Assembly (NCBI RefSeq): GCF_036365525.1
Contig: NC_090386.1
Coordinates: 62,514,956-62,578,955, forward strand
Length of the DNA: 64,000 nt
Direction: 5' to 3'
Source of the DNA: Heterodontus francisci
Lineage: Eukaryota
Shown: positions 37,881 to 51,128 of the stretch, in pieces
Layout: the number at the start of each line of letters is the position of its first letter
Numbering within the stretch: position 1 is the stretch's first letter
Program-made: the position numbers and the translations under genes
Notes under the pieces: model-generated
Database searches by the model: none
Told to the model about the DNA's origin: nothing
The model's input: the letters and a program-made list of their open reading frames with translations, nothing else

Positions 37881-40800
37881 ATAGAATCATATAATCATAG
37901 AAAGTTTAAAGCACAGAGAGAAGCCACTTGGCCCATCATTCCTGTGCCAGCCGAAAAACGATCCACCTTTTCTAATCCCACCTTCCAGCATTTAGTCTGT
38001 AGCTCTGCAGATTACAGCACTTGAGGTGCATATCCGGACTCCTTTTAAATGAGTTGAGAATCTCTGCCTCAGCTACCCTTTCAGGCAGTGAGTTCCAGAC
38101 CCCCACCACCCTCTGGGTGAAAAAGGTTTTTCCTCATCTCCCCTAATTTTTCTACCAATCACTTTAAATCTATGCCCCCTCGTCACTGACCTCTCTGCTA
38201 CAGTAAATAGACCCTTCACCTCCACTCTAACCACGCCCTTCAAAATTTTGTACATTTCAATCAGATCTCCTCTCAGCCTTCTCTGTTCCAAGGAGAACAA
38301 CCCCAGCCTATCCAATCTTTCCTCATAGCTGCATGTTTCCAGTCCTGGCAGCATCCAAATAAATCTCCTCTGTACCCTCTATAGTGGAATTACATCCTTT
38401 CTGTAATGAGGTGACCAAAACTACATACAGTACTCAAGTTGTGGCCTAACCAAAGAGTTATACAGTTCCAGCAAAACCTCCCTGCTCTTATATTCTATAC
38501 CGCAGCTAATAAAAGAAAGGATTCCATATGCTTTCTTAACCATCTTATTGATCTGTCCAGCTACCTTCAGGGAACTGGGGACATTCACTCCAATGTCCCT
38601 CACTTCCTCTACACTTCTCAGTATTTTCCCATTAATCGTGTATTTCTTTGCCTTGTTTGACCTCCCCAAATGCTCAAACTTCTCCAGGTTGAATTCCATT
38701 TGCCACTTTTCTGCCCATCTGACCAGACCATCAATCTTCCTGCAGCCTACAGCTATCCACCTCACTATCTACCACACGGCCAATGTGTCATCTGCAAACT
38801 TCTTGATCATGCCCTCTGCATTTACATCCAAATCGCTTATACCACAAAAAAACAGGGGACCCAGTATTGAGCCCTGCGGAATACCACTAGAAACAGCCCT
38901 CCAGTCGCTAAAACACCCGTCAATTACCCTTTGTTGCCTGCCACTGAGCCAATTTTGTATCCACCTTGCTGCATTTCCCTGGATCCCATGGGATTTTATT
39001 ATTTTTTTTAAACCAGTCTGCCATGTGGGACCTTGTCAAAAGCCTTGCTAAAATCCATGTAGACCACATCAACTACACTACCCTCATCTACCTTCCTTGT
39101 TACTTCTTCAAAAAATTTGATCAAGTTGGTCAAACAATATCTTCCCTTAACAAATCCATGCTGACTATCCTTGTTTAACCTATGCCTTTCTAAATGACAG
39201 TTATCCTACCTCTCAGAATTGATTCCGAAAATTTGCCTACTACGGAGGTTAGACTGACTGGCCTGTAATTATTGGGTCTATCCCTCGCTCCCTTTTTAAA
39301 CAGAGGTACAACCTTAGTAGTCGTCCAATCCTCTGGCACCACACCTGTATCCGGGGAGGACTGGAAAATGATGGTCAGACCTTCTACGAGTTCCTCTCTT
39401 GCTTCTTTTAATAGCCTAGGGTATATTTCATGTGGCCCTTATGATTTATCAACTTTCAAGGATGCAAATCCCTGAATACTTCCTCTCTCCCTTGTTCATC
39501 ACATTCAGTCCTTCACACTCCGCCTCCTTAACTACAATATCTGCATCATCCCCCTCTTTTGTGAAGACAGACGCAAATATTCATTAAGAACCATACCAAC
39601 ATCGCCTGCCCCTACAGGTTACCTTTTTGGTCTTTTATAGGCCTGGCTCTCTCCTTAGTTATCCTTTTGCTCTTAATGTATTGATAAAACATCTTTGGGT
39701 TCACCTTAATTTTGCTCGCCAATATTCTTTCATGCCCTCTCTTTGCTTTACTAATTTCCTTTTTGATTTCACCCCTCCACTTTCTAGAAAGCGGAGAGGA
39801 GTTTTGAGTTCTCGGTGTCATACATAAGCTTTCCTTTTCTGCCTTATCTTACCCTGTAGGCTTCTTGATATCCATGGGGCTCTAGATTTGGCCATTTCAC
39901 CCTTGTTCTTTGTGAGAACATGTTTACTCTGACCCCCTTGAATCTCCCCATTGAATGCCTCCCACTGCTCTGACACTGATTTACCTTCAAGTAGATGTTT
40001 CCAGTCCACTTTCGCGAAATCACTACTCAGCTTAGTAAAATTGGCCTTGCCCCAATTGAGAACTTTAACTCCTGTTCTATCCTTGTCCTTTTCCATAATT
40101 ATGTTAAAATTAACGGAATTATGATCACTACCACCAAAATGCTCTCCAACTGCCACCCCTTCCACCTGCCCATCTTCATTTCCTAAAACCAAGTCTACAA
40201 CTGCATCCTCTCTTGTTGGACTTGCTACATACTGGGCAAAAAGGTTCTCCTGAATGCACCTCAAGAATTCTGCTCCCTCAATTCTTTTCACACTAAAACT
40301 ATCCCAGTTAATATTGGGGTAGTTAAAATACCTTACTATTATTTCCCTATTGTTCTTGCACTTCTCAGAGATTTGCCTACATATCCGCTCTTCTATTTCC
40401 CTCTGTTTGGGGGTAGAGCATGGCTACCCGACCCTAACCCAACAACACGTGTCAGGTTCGGGTCTGGTCACTCTTCCGGGTCCGGCATTCGGGCTCAGGT
40501 CAGGCTGGGTCGGACACAGTGACAGCCAGGACGTCAAGGTGGGAAACACTCTGCACTAGTCTGCAGTGAGCGATTACATCCAAGATAGAGCACAACCTCT
40601 TTAATATAATCAACTTTATTCCGGTGGTCAGGTCGGGCGAAGGAAAAAATGAAAGGACTCGGGTCGGGTGTGGTTCTGTCGGGCTCGGGTCCGGTTTCAT
40701 TTGCAGACCCAAGCAGGGCTTTATTTGGGGGTCTATAGTACACTCCTAGCAGTGTGATTGCCCTTTTTTTGTTCTTTAGCTCAATCCATATGGCCTCATT

Positions 40801-40980
40801 TGATGAACCTTCCAACATACCATCCTTCCTCACAGCTGTAATAGTTTCCTTCACCAAAATTGCCACTTCCCCTCCTTTCTTATCCCCCTCCCTATTGCAT
40901 CAGAAAACCCTGTAACCAGGAACGTTGAGCTGCCATTCCTGTCCCTCCTTAAGCCATGTTTCTGTAATAGCTATAATATC
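37881..40980 (-). mobile_element. CR1 (HER1-like) LINE, ORF2 endonuclease to RT, nested
   Basis: AITETWL, LLGVYYRPPN, DLVLGNE, GGSDHNSV and LEQRRLRGDLIE peptides; (ATTCTATG)-type microsatellite tail at 37881-37900. Confidence 0.9.
40414..40723. mobile_element. hAT-type MITE nested in the CR1 endonuclease region
   Basis: Perfect 8 bp TSD tttggggg (40406-40413, 40724-40731), imperfect TIR TAGAGCATGGCT/AGCAGGGCTTTA, TCGGGTC repeats. Confidence 0.88.
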
Positions 40981-43949
40981 AAGGGCAGATGGTTAGATTC
41001 TGTCTTGTTGGAGATGGTCATTACCTGTCACTTGTGTAGCATGAATGTTACTTGCCACTTATCAGCCCAAACCTGGATATTGTCCAAGTCTTGATGCATT
41101 TCTACATGGACTGCGTCAGTACCTGAGGAGTCGTGAATGGTGCTGAACATTGTGCAATCATCAGCGAAAGCAAACATCCCCACTTCTGACCTTATGATTG
41201 AAGGAAGGTCATTGATGAAGCAGCTATAGATGGTTGGGCCCAGGACACTACTCTGTGGAACTCCTCTAGTGATGTCCTGGAGCTCAGATGATTGACCTCC
41301 AACAACCACAACCATTTTACTTTGCGCTAGGTAAGACTCCAACCAGCGGAGTTTTCCTCCTGATTCCCATTGACTACAGTTTTGCTAGGGCTCCTTGATG
41401 CCATACTCGGTCAAATGCTGCCTTGATGTCAAGGGCAGTCACTCTCACCTCTGGAGTTCAGCTCTTTTGTCCATGTTTGAACCAAGGATGTAATGAGGTC
41501 AGGAGCTGAGTGGCCCTGGCGAAACCCAAACTGAGCATCACTACGCAGGTTATTGCTGAGCAAGTGCCGCTTGACAGCGCTGTTGACGACACCTTCCATC
41601 ACTCTACTAATGGTCGAGAGTGGACTGTAATTGGTCGGGTTGGATTTGTCCTGCTTTTTGTGTACAGGACATACCTGAGCAATTTTCCCATTGCCAGGTT
41701 AACGCCTGTGTTGTAGCTGTGCTGGGACAGCTTAGCTAGGGGCGCGGCAAATTCTGGAGCACAAGTCTTCAGTGCTAGTGCCCGAATGTTGTCACGGCCC
41801 ATAGCCTTTGCAGTATCCAGTGCCTTCAGTTGTTTCCTGACATCACGCGGAGTGAATGGAATTAGCTGAAGACTGGCATCTGTGATGCTGGGGACTTCAG
41901 GAGGAGGCCGAGATGAATCAGTCACTCGGCACTTCTGGCTGAAGATTGTTGCAAATGCTTCTGCCTTATCTTTCGCACTGATGTGCTGGGCTTCCTCCAT
42001 CACTGAGGATGGGGATATTTGTGGAGCCTCCTCCTCCAATTATTTTTGTTTAATTGTTCACCACCATTCACGACTGGATGTGGCAGGACTGCAGAGTTTA
42101 ACTCTGTCTATCACATGCTACGTACACTGTTTGGCATGCAAGCAATCCTGGTTGTAGCTTCACCAGGTTGACATCTCATTTTGAGGTATACCTGGTGCAG
42201 CTCCTGGCATGCCCTCCTGCACTCTTCATTGAACCAGAGTTGGCCCCCCGGCTTGATGGTAATGGTAGAGTGGGGGATATGCCAGGCCATGAAGTTACAG
42301 ATTGTGGTTGAGTACAATTCTGCTGCTGCTGATGGCCCACTGCGCCTCATTGATGCCCAGTTTTGTGTTGCTAGACCTGTTTGAAATCTATCCCATTTAG
42401 CATAGCAGTAGTGCCACACAACACGATGGAGAGTATCCACAATGTGAAGATGGGACTTCGTCTCCACAAGGACTGTGCGTTGGTCACTCCTACCAATACT
42501 GTCAACAACAGATGCTTCTGTGGCAGGTAGATTGGTGAGGACAAGATCAAATATGTTTACCCCTCTTGTTGGTTCCCTCACCACCTGCCACAAACCATGT
42601 CTAGCAGCTCTGTCCTTTAGGACTCGGCCAGGAGACGTGCTACTGAGCCATTCTTGGTGAGAGACATTGAAGTCCCCCACCCAGAGTACATTCTGCACTC
42701 TTGCCACCCTCAGTGCTTTCTCCAAGTGCTGTTCAACATGGAGGAATACTGATTCATCAGCTGGGGGGGGGGGGGGGGGGGGGGGCGGGGATGGGTGGGT
42801 AGGTGGTAATCAGCAGGAGGTTTCCTTGCCCATGTTTGACCTGATACCATGAGACTTCATGGTGTCTGGAGTCGATGTTGAGGACTCCCAGAGCAACTCC
42901 CTCCACTGTGCTGCCACCTCTGGTGGGTCTGTCCTGCTGGTGGTACAGGACATACCTGGGGAATGGTGATGGCGATGTCTGGAACATTGTCTGCAAGGTA
43001 TGATTTGGTGAATATGACTGTCAGGCCATTGCTTGACTCGTCTGTGGGACAGCTCTCCAAACTTTGGCACAAGTCTCCAGATGTTAATAAGGAGGACTTT
43101 GCAGGGGCCAACAGGGCTGGGTTTGCCGTTGTCATTTCCAGTGCCTAGGTGAATGCCAGGTGGTCCGTTCAGTTTCATTCCTTATTGACTTTGTAGCGGT
43201 TTGATACAACGGAGAGGCTTGCTAGGCCATTTCAGAGGGCATGTAAGAGTCAACCACATTGCTGTGGGTCTGGAGTTACATGTAGGCCAGAGAAGGTAAG
43301 GACAGCAGATTTCCTTCCCTAAAGGACATCAGTGAACTAGATGGGTTTTTTCGACAATGGTTTCATGGCCATCATTAATTCCAGATTTATTAATTGAATT
43401 GCAATTCCACCTTCTGCGATAGTGGAATTCGAACCCATGTCTCCAGATCTATACCCTAGGTCTGAGTTACTAGTCCAGTAATAATACCACTATGCCACCG
43501 CTTCCCTGCAATTCAGCTACCTACTCCCACAAATCCCCTACATCAGCCTGTGCATCATGGGCAGCTCTGAAATAAGTCGGCAGTTCACACCACTTATCTC
43601 AAAAGATCACCACCATCCCCCCAAAAAACTCCATTTAGAGCAGACTTCAAGAATCTGGCACAAAATGTCATCCACACTTGACAGCCAACCAATAAGCCAG
43701 ACAATGAAGTATGAAACATATTGCCACTCAGCCAACTGATGGGGACGGGGGGTGGGGGGGGGGGGGTGGAGAAGAAGTGGAGAAATAGGATAGACAAGAG
43801 AGGGAAACTCTCACCACTGTTGCCTCACATCCATTACAAATCAGATTCCAGGTGAAGCCTTAATCTAGCTTTCCCAAAATATACAATCAGGATTGGAGAT
43901 CTGAAATTAGTTGCCCTGTCGGTTTGTTCAAAAGATACTGCAAATTAAG

Positions 43950-46300
43950 TCAGGTTGATTTAGGTCCCAAAAGACTGCTCGAGGGGCTGCGGCCAAATGC
44001 TTAGATGTTGAATCAGGAAGGACGGAGACTGATTTACTGCGCCTCCCTTTAACCTCATTGTGTCTGCAGAGCGCGCATTTGACTTTACACAAACCATATG
44101 GCACACCTTTCAGCTCCCAGTACGCCTCATCGGCAGCAAACGAACCTGCTAATCGATGTCGCTCTGTTTCAACAGGAAACCACAGAACAACAAGTGGGCT
44201 TAATTTTACACCAAAAATGAGGATACATCAAATCAATTTCGCAATCACTCTCCCACAATAATCGATTAGAAAAAATTATTGAAAATGGTTCAGACAGAAT
44301 TCGAAAAAGGTGGAAGATGTAGAATTGATATTTCGGTTTAGTAAATGTCCAACAATACTTGAAACATTAACGTTTCAGGGGTTTTCACCCATTCTTGGGC
44401 TTTTTGTAGCTGAAACCCACTCCAAGATGTACATTGATTCCACGTACATTATTAATGTTGGTCCCAAGCAGCTTTCAGATGCCCGATGGATCGATTCCTC
44501 ATTCTAACTGAGCTCGCTGATGAATTGGTGCAACTTCACTGCGCTAAAATTAATCAGACTACAGGAACTTGAAGCGCCACTTCCCCAAATTACAATTTCG
44601 AAGCCTTTTTAACAAAGTATCTTACAGTTATGTTGGCCCTAGCAGCCAGTACATCAGCTTCAAAGGCAAGTTTGACTCTTGACACAAGAGTTTCAAATGA
44701 CAACAATAGCAGCAATTTAGGAGTTAGTAGGTTAGTAATTGAAAGGGAATGGCAAAGCCTTACCATCTGAAATTAAACTGGCGCTACCATTATGTTAGTA
44801 CACCCACTGTATCATATTAACCTTGATTTATTGATTCCACACCCGATGAAGTAAAAGAACTAGAGACTTTAGAACAGCGGGACTGATTTTTAAAAAAAAC
44901 ACTTACAGACTTAAGAAATTTTAAGGACCCCACGTAGTCCCTCTCCGTTTTTAAAATCTCATTCATCACACAAACTCGTAAACGAAGCTGTCGATCCGTG
45001 TCCCTTCCACTCGCCACTCCATTTTCTTGGTGACTTTCTTCATCCATGTTCCAGTGCTACTAGAAGTAATCAAGACGGTTGAAAAAAAAAGACGAGAATG
45101 CAGATTTCGACTGCTCCACAACTAGCGGCTTCTCTAAACCACTTCGGAATCACTTTGGTTTAGATCCACTCTCATTTTGCAATACGGTTTTGACCATATG
45201 GAAAATACTTGGTTGAGTGAGCTGGCTTTCCTATTCCGTTCTGCTTAAAAACACAAGAGATTCCAAGGGAGCAGGGCACTGTTTTCCTGCTCTTTTCAGA
45301 AATCCCAACTGCACTCCGTTAGAAGTCACTTTTCAACATGAAACTGATCAGTTATTGCACATTTGTCCTGAAACTTCCGCCGGACTTGCTTTCAGGGGGC
45401 AAAAGAATGCCATAAACAAGCACCATAACACAATCCCAGAGAGAAGATGGAAGTGACGGGCAACAAATTGCCGAAATCTGCAGCAAATGCTACCGTCGAA
45501 CCAAATTCCGCTTTTTTTACCAATGAGACAACAGGCACATGCTCAGGAAACCGAGTGAAGGGACCGTCGCCAAAATCTCATTTAAAACACAAATGGAATC
45601 GTGCAGCCCAAAAGCAACTCAGCTTAAATGAGAACACGTCGACATCGAAAAGTTCAATTTTTTCGAAATAATAAGTTATTTTCTACCTTTGCCAGATTCA
45701 GATGAGGAGATTCGCATATCGAGAACAAAAGGCTCTGCTTTATTCGGTCAAACCTTTTGCAGACTCGAGGTGTTCGAAGTTAACAAAGCTGCCAGTGCAA
45801 GGCATAAATTTGACCAGTTTATAATAACTAAACTAGCTTTTACAGCAAATGTATTGTAAGACAAAGTTTTACCAGCTGACGTTGTATTTTATTTTATAGT
45901 TCAAATAATTCTAGAAAAGGGAACTACCTCTCAATACGCCAGACTCTGAAAATTGTAATATTAAAGACGGTCCCTTACTTTTAGATTTCGCGTTACCTAT
46001 AATTCTGTTGCTCTGTTCCACAACATGATTCTTGTTTGTCAGCGAGGAAGCATGCATAAATATAAAGTGGAGTTTATTTAATTTTTATTAGGACGTAAGT
46101 AACACATAGGGAGAAACTCAGAAACACGAATAATTAATATTCGTAAGACTATGTACCTTTTACTCTAGAGGGCGATCTTTACAGATGTATTTTACAGACC
46201 AATCTCAGTGACTGACTTGCATAAAACCTTGACAATCCTCAGCTGCAAAGAAAACCTCCCGTACTATCAAAAGACTGTGAAAATTAAGAACACCTAAGTA
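43950..46300 (-). promoter_or_regulatory. CpG-retaining promoter, 5'UTR and intron 1 start of the PREX gene
   Basis: No recognisable TE, and visibly more CpG dinucleotides than other unique DNA in the window. ETS-type motif ACTTCCGC at 45373-45380 and ETS/CRE half-site GGAAGTGACG at 45449-45458 lie upstream of the ATG. Confidence 0.6.
44907..45047 (-). CDS. PREX1: First coding exon (47 codons) of a P-Rex family PIP3-dependent Rac exchanger, start of the DH domain
   Basis: Translates MDEESHQENGVASGRDTDRQLRLRVCVMNEILKTERDYVGSLKFLKS, matching the P-Rex DH start (RQLRLR.CV.NEIL.TERDYVG.L.FL.S). It ends in phase 0 at a canonical donor TCT|GTAAGT (plus strand acttac, 44901-44906). RQLRLR and NEIL favour PREX1 over PREX2, but the paralog call is less certain than the family call. 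Confidence 0.9.
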
Positions 46301-48144
46301 AAATAAGGCTGTTTTGCTTCGAACTGCATCGGATTTGAATACAAATATAAATTAGTCTGTTTTCCCCTCTGGTGAAATAATGTGACTGATACTTAGCCAA
46401 ATGTCAAATCAATGAATTATGAAAAAAGCGTAGAAAAACTTATCTCAATCCTTGCAAGGAATCAAATGAGAGGATTCTTGGAGAGATATGCAAGATACTA
46501 AGCGGAATAACATTTTTGTCAAACAATGCTGGCATAAATTGGTAAACGGCAATTTCAACAATGATGTGAGAAAGCACTTTTCCATCCTGGGGTGATCTTT
46601 TGGCTAGGTTTGTGGAGTTGAACAGCAAGTCAAGTACTCTATTTTAGAGAGGCTAGTGGGGTGACACCATCATACCGAACACCAAATATTCTGCAAGCAC
46701 CATCTTAAATTTGAGAGGGTGCCACTGATGAAACATCTCCTAGCTGTGTGATCCAGGTGACCAAAAATGAGCATCTAGGGAAACGTGCAGCCAAAAATCG
46801 TGGACTACCTCAAGTAACGATAAGGTGCCTTCAACCTTGCGCACTGCCTAGCAGTCAGTGCTGTGATGGAGGGACTAGAGGTTCGTTGTAGGATCGAGCC
46901 AGATGACTTTCCTCATCTGTATTTAGCTATGGGATAACCTGTTCAGCTTGAGCAACTACACAATCTGACACCACAACCAATTGAAATACTTAGGTTGTTT
47001 AGGTGAGTGTAGGGCACAAAGTCAAATCATTATGCCAGTTTAACTGATTTAGTTAATTTAGGGTACTACCAATCTATAGCAGGAAGTGTGTAACTCAAAT
47101 ATCCATGATGTATTTATGGTGGACCATTTCTGAATCTAGTGTTACTTTTTCAGGTTCAAATGCTTTCAGGCTAGTTAAATTGCACAGTTTGCATCAATAC
47201 TCTGGCTTCATATTGATGCAAACAATACAATGTAGTTTGGGTGCCAAGTACCCAGAAAGCAAAGTGAAGCGGAGTGAGAAAATCTCCAGAAGGTGTCTTA
47301 CATTGCTTCAGCTTCATACAGGCTGCAGTCTGACTGTTCACTAATGTTTTGAATCTTTTAAGTGTTACCAGTCCGCTCTCTGCTAAGATTCAAAATTTAA
47401 AACATGCAGTGCTCACAAGTGAAATGCTGCATATAGCCATTCCATTTCAATGGCTTGAGATGGACACATACTTGGCAGTATAACTCAGGTTTGTAAATTC
47501 AACATTACTCTCAGCCATAAGAGATGAGAGAACAATTACAATACACAGCTAACATTCCTTCGACTACAGAATAAAATTAACATTCCAATAACATGAATCC
47601 CATGCCCGTTAGAAATGCCTGCTGCAACTACTGTTAAGATATTATACTACCAACACTCCAGTAAGTAAACCAGCATACAATTTTACTTTTCTGAAAATAA
47701 ATTCATGACCCTTAAATGTTACATCACCAGATCACACCATTTGGTCCATCGTAATTCAAACACACAGAATAGCCCAAAAATCTTCCCACTGAAGCATCTA
47801 ATTGGTTCTTAAATGGTTGCAGGGTTTTCAGTTCTACAAGTCTATCTAGAATTCCATTCCATGTATTGTTCAGTCTTTGTATGAAAAATAACTTGCTGAT
47901 ATCCATTCCAAATTTTCCTTATATTAGCTACTTTTATTAGTAGCCCTTTGTCTGATTCTTGCATTTTAATTTTAAATAATTTTATGGATTTATCTTTTCC
48001 ATGTCATTTATGTTTTTAAGTATCTCTGTGAGATTACCTTTCTGATGCTTCCTTTCACAGCTGAAAAGTTTCTGCAGTCTTTCCTGATAGGCTTGAGTGA
48101 AGTATCCACGCCGACATGGACTGGTTGGGCCAAATGGCCTTTTT

Positions 48145-48776
48145 CAATATTAATTTCATGGGATGTGGGTGTCATTTGTTGCCCATTCATAATTGCCCCT
48201 GAGAAGGTGATAGTGAGCCGCCTTCTTGAACTGCTGCAGTCTATCTGGTGTGGGTACACCCACAGTGCTGTTAGGGAGGGTGTTCCAGGATTTTGACCCA
48301 GCGACAGTGAAGGAACTGCGATATTTTCCAAGTCAGGGTGATGTGTAGCTTGGAGGGGAACTTGCAGATGGTGTTGTTTCCACATGTCTGCTGCTCTTGT
48401 CCTTCTAGGTAGAAGAGGTCGCAGGTTTGGAAGGTGCTGTTGAAGGAGGCATGTGAATTGCTGCAGTTCAGATTGTATATGGAGGGAGTGAATATTTAAG
48501 GTGGTGGATGGGGTGCCAATCAAGCGGGCTGCTTTGTCCTGGATGGTGTTGAGTTTCCTGAGTGTTGTTGGACCCACACTCAACCAGACAATTGGGGAGT
48601 ATTCCATCACACTCCTGACTTGTGCCTTGTTGATGGTGGCCAAGCTTTGGAGAGTCAGGAGCTGGGTTACTCACTGCAGAATTCCCAGTCTTTGACAGTT
48701 CTTGTAGCCATAGTATTTATGTGGCTGCTCCAGTTCAGTTTCTGGACAATGGTAACCCCATGGATGTTGATAGTGT
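48145..48776 (-). mobile_element. 3' fragment of the tRNA-headed single-ORF LINE
   Basis: KAQVRSVMEYSP and LRKLNTIQDKAARLIG peptides plus the family 3' tail. Confidence 0.88.
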
Positions 48777-48836
48777 AATTCTATATAATTCTATGTACTA
48801 ATTTAATCTAATTTAAGAATTGCGATACACCTGTTG

Positions 48837-49165
48837 TAAAGCCTGGCTACCCGACCGGAACTCAACTAGGCCCAACTACATGTGTAGGGTATGGGTTGGG
48901 TAGAAATTCCAAGTCCAGCGTTCGGGCTCGGGTCAGGTCGGGCTGGACAGTGCTGCTTCCGGAAGTCACAGGATTAGGCTTACCCATGATTCCCCACAAC
49001 TCCATCTGCAGGAATAGCCTGATGCCGGAATAGATGAAGGATATTCATGTCGGGTCAGGTCTGGTGCAAAAAAATTAAAGGACTCGGGCTCAGGTCAGGT
49101 TTGGGTTGGCTGTGGTCGGGTTGGGCTCGGGTCGGGTTTAAATTTTATACCCGAGCCAGGCTTTA
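48837..49165. mobile_element. hAT-type MITE
   Basis: Perfect 12 bp TIR TAAAGCCTGGCT/AGCCAGGCTTTA, 8 bp TSD acctgttg/gcctgttg. Confidence 0.88.
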
Positions 49166-49299
49166 GCCTGTTGCTCTTCTTTGCACTGTCTCCAGTGCTT
49201 GAATAATTCCTCTGTGTCTCAGTAGCAGCTTACTTCAGCAGCATCTCTCAGCCTTGTGACCAAAACCACAGTAAGGGATCAAGTTGAGCAAGGTGATGC

Positions 49300-49533
49300 G
49301 AATAACATCAACCTGCAAGTTTCCCTTCAAATCACACACTGTCCTAACTTAGGATATGTATTACCATTCCTCATTATCAGTGAGTCAAAATCCTGGAACT
49401 AACTATTATGGGAGCAGCATCAACACAAGGACTTCAGCAATTCAAGGAAAAATGCACAATCTTCTCAGGGCAACCAAGAATGGGCAATAAATATGGCCTT
49501 GCCAGAGTCACCCATTCTCCTGAACAAATTAAA
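49300..49533 (+). mobile_element. Old 3' fragment of the single-ORF LINE family
   Basis: acctgcaagtttcccttcaaatcacac...tgggcaataaat, a diverged match to the family tail. Confidence 0.7.
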
Positions 49534-51128
49534 AAGAACTGGACACAGTATTCAAGTTTGGTGTGGTCAGAGCACTACACAGTTTAATGATAACTTCCCC
49601 TGCCTTATATTCTGCTGTTTGGGCTATATAATTCAATATTCTCTTGGCTTGTTGATTGTTGCTCTGAAGGGGTGGATATTTAGACCATCAAGTCTACTAA
49701 GATCCTTAGGTATCTTTCAACTTCAACCTGAGTTAATTTAACATCATTCAGACAGCAAATATGTTGATCATTTTCCTTCCTATGTGGCAGACTTTACATT
49801 TGTTTGCATTAAATTTCATCTGCCATTGTTCTTCCCACTAACATCTTTAGTCCATCTCATGCTATAGTTTCTGAGCAGCTTCCTCTGAATCCACTGCTCT
49901 TAATATCATCTGAAAATTTGAACAATTTGGATTAGGTTTCTGTTATAAATTCTAAACAGTAGTAGTCCCAACATTCATCCCTGGGTACCCCACTCACTAC
50001 TTACTCCTGCCCTGATGAAACTCCTCTAACATGTACCCATTCTTTTATACACTTCAGTCAATTTCTTAACCAGACCCACGATTTACCCTGATTCTCACAA
50101 CATTGAATAAACTAATAGCCCTTTGTGTGAAACTTTACCATGTTCAATGGGTTTATTTCATGGTTTGTAATGTGTTTATTTTTAATAATTAGCATTTTCA
50201 AATAAAGTTCAGTATATATAAAAATATACTCTGAAATTGGGTGATTTGTCTTTCATTTCTTACTTGCTTTTTACCTTATATACTTGTTTCTTTTCCATGA
50301 TGCTTTTTTTTCCAAATTCTACCTCTGAATTCATTTCTGTCCGTAATCTTTCCATGACTCTATTTCTTCCTATCAACCTCACCATCATCCTTTGCACACT
50401 TCCCATCTTTTATTCTCCTGCAATTATAGTGTGCTGCTTTGCTGCCCTTCTGCAGTTATGCAATTGTCCTATCTTAAATAGTCACATTACATGCTTCTCT
50501 CCTGCAAACTCAGTCTACTCCTGATAAAAACATGTACTTACATATTACTTTTCAAATATATGTTACAATGTTACTTACTGTTAATTCTGGTCTGTTGCTT
50601 GCAGAAAAAAATGGTTGCACTTTTTGAGGAAAAACCAAGATGTTGAAGGTGGCAGTTGATGGAGGTGTTTCACCAAAGCAAAATCAATAGCTCCTTTTCA
50701 ATCAAGACCTTATATTTTTAAACAGTGCATAAAACATCATCACAAAATTGGGACAATAGGCATTAAAATAAAACTGACAATTTATCCAACAAAATCTGAA
50801 TGATCAACAATTTAGAATACTTCACTTATAGTTTTGGACACATGGATAATTCCATTCATGTATTTACAAGCAATAGACAAGGCGATTTTACTTTAAAATT
50901 GACCTGCCTTAAATCAGAAAAATACAGTTTAAAAGATTCTTGCTTTACATTATTGTGAAACTGGCCAACTCCTGCACATCAAGCTGTCCAAAGTGCTGAA
51001 GGCAAGTTTGCATGTCACCAAGACAAGTTAGGAGCTAGCCTTTTGCTTAGCGTTAGCATTCCTGCCTCTGAGTTAGGAGATGCAGGCTTTGAATCCTGCT
51101 CTAAACAGTCCAGTGAGTGGAGACCAGA

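Larger units (their letters stand above)
37171..43506 (-). mobile_element. Full-length tRNA-headed single-ORF LINE (~3.2 kb of its own sequence), split by a CR1 insertion
   Basis: 3' part 37171-37880 and 5' part 40981-43506 join seamlessly (gaatgtc|aagggcagatgg). A box 43487-43497, B box 43424-43435. Candidate TSD ctacaatt (37163-37170) / ctgcaatt (43506-43513). Confidence 0.9.

Noticed and set aside
44817-44906. ORF extension VSVFFKNQSR... after the PREX exon
   Set aside because: Read-through into intron 1 past the GTAAGT donor.
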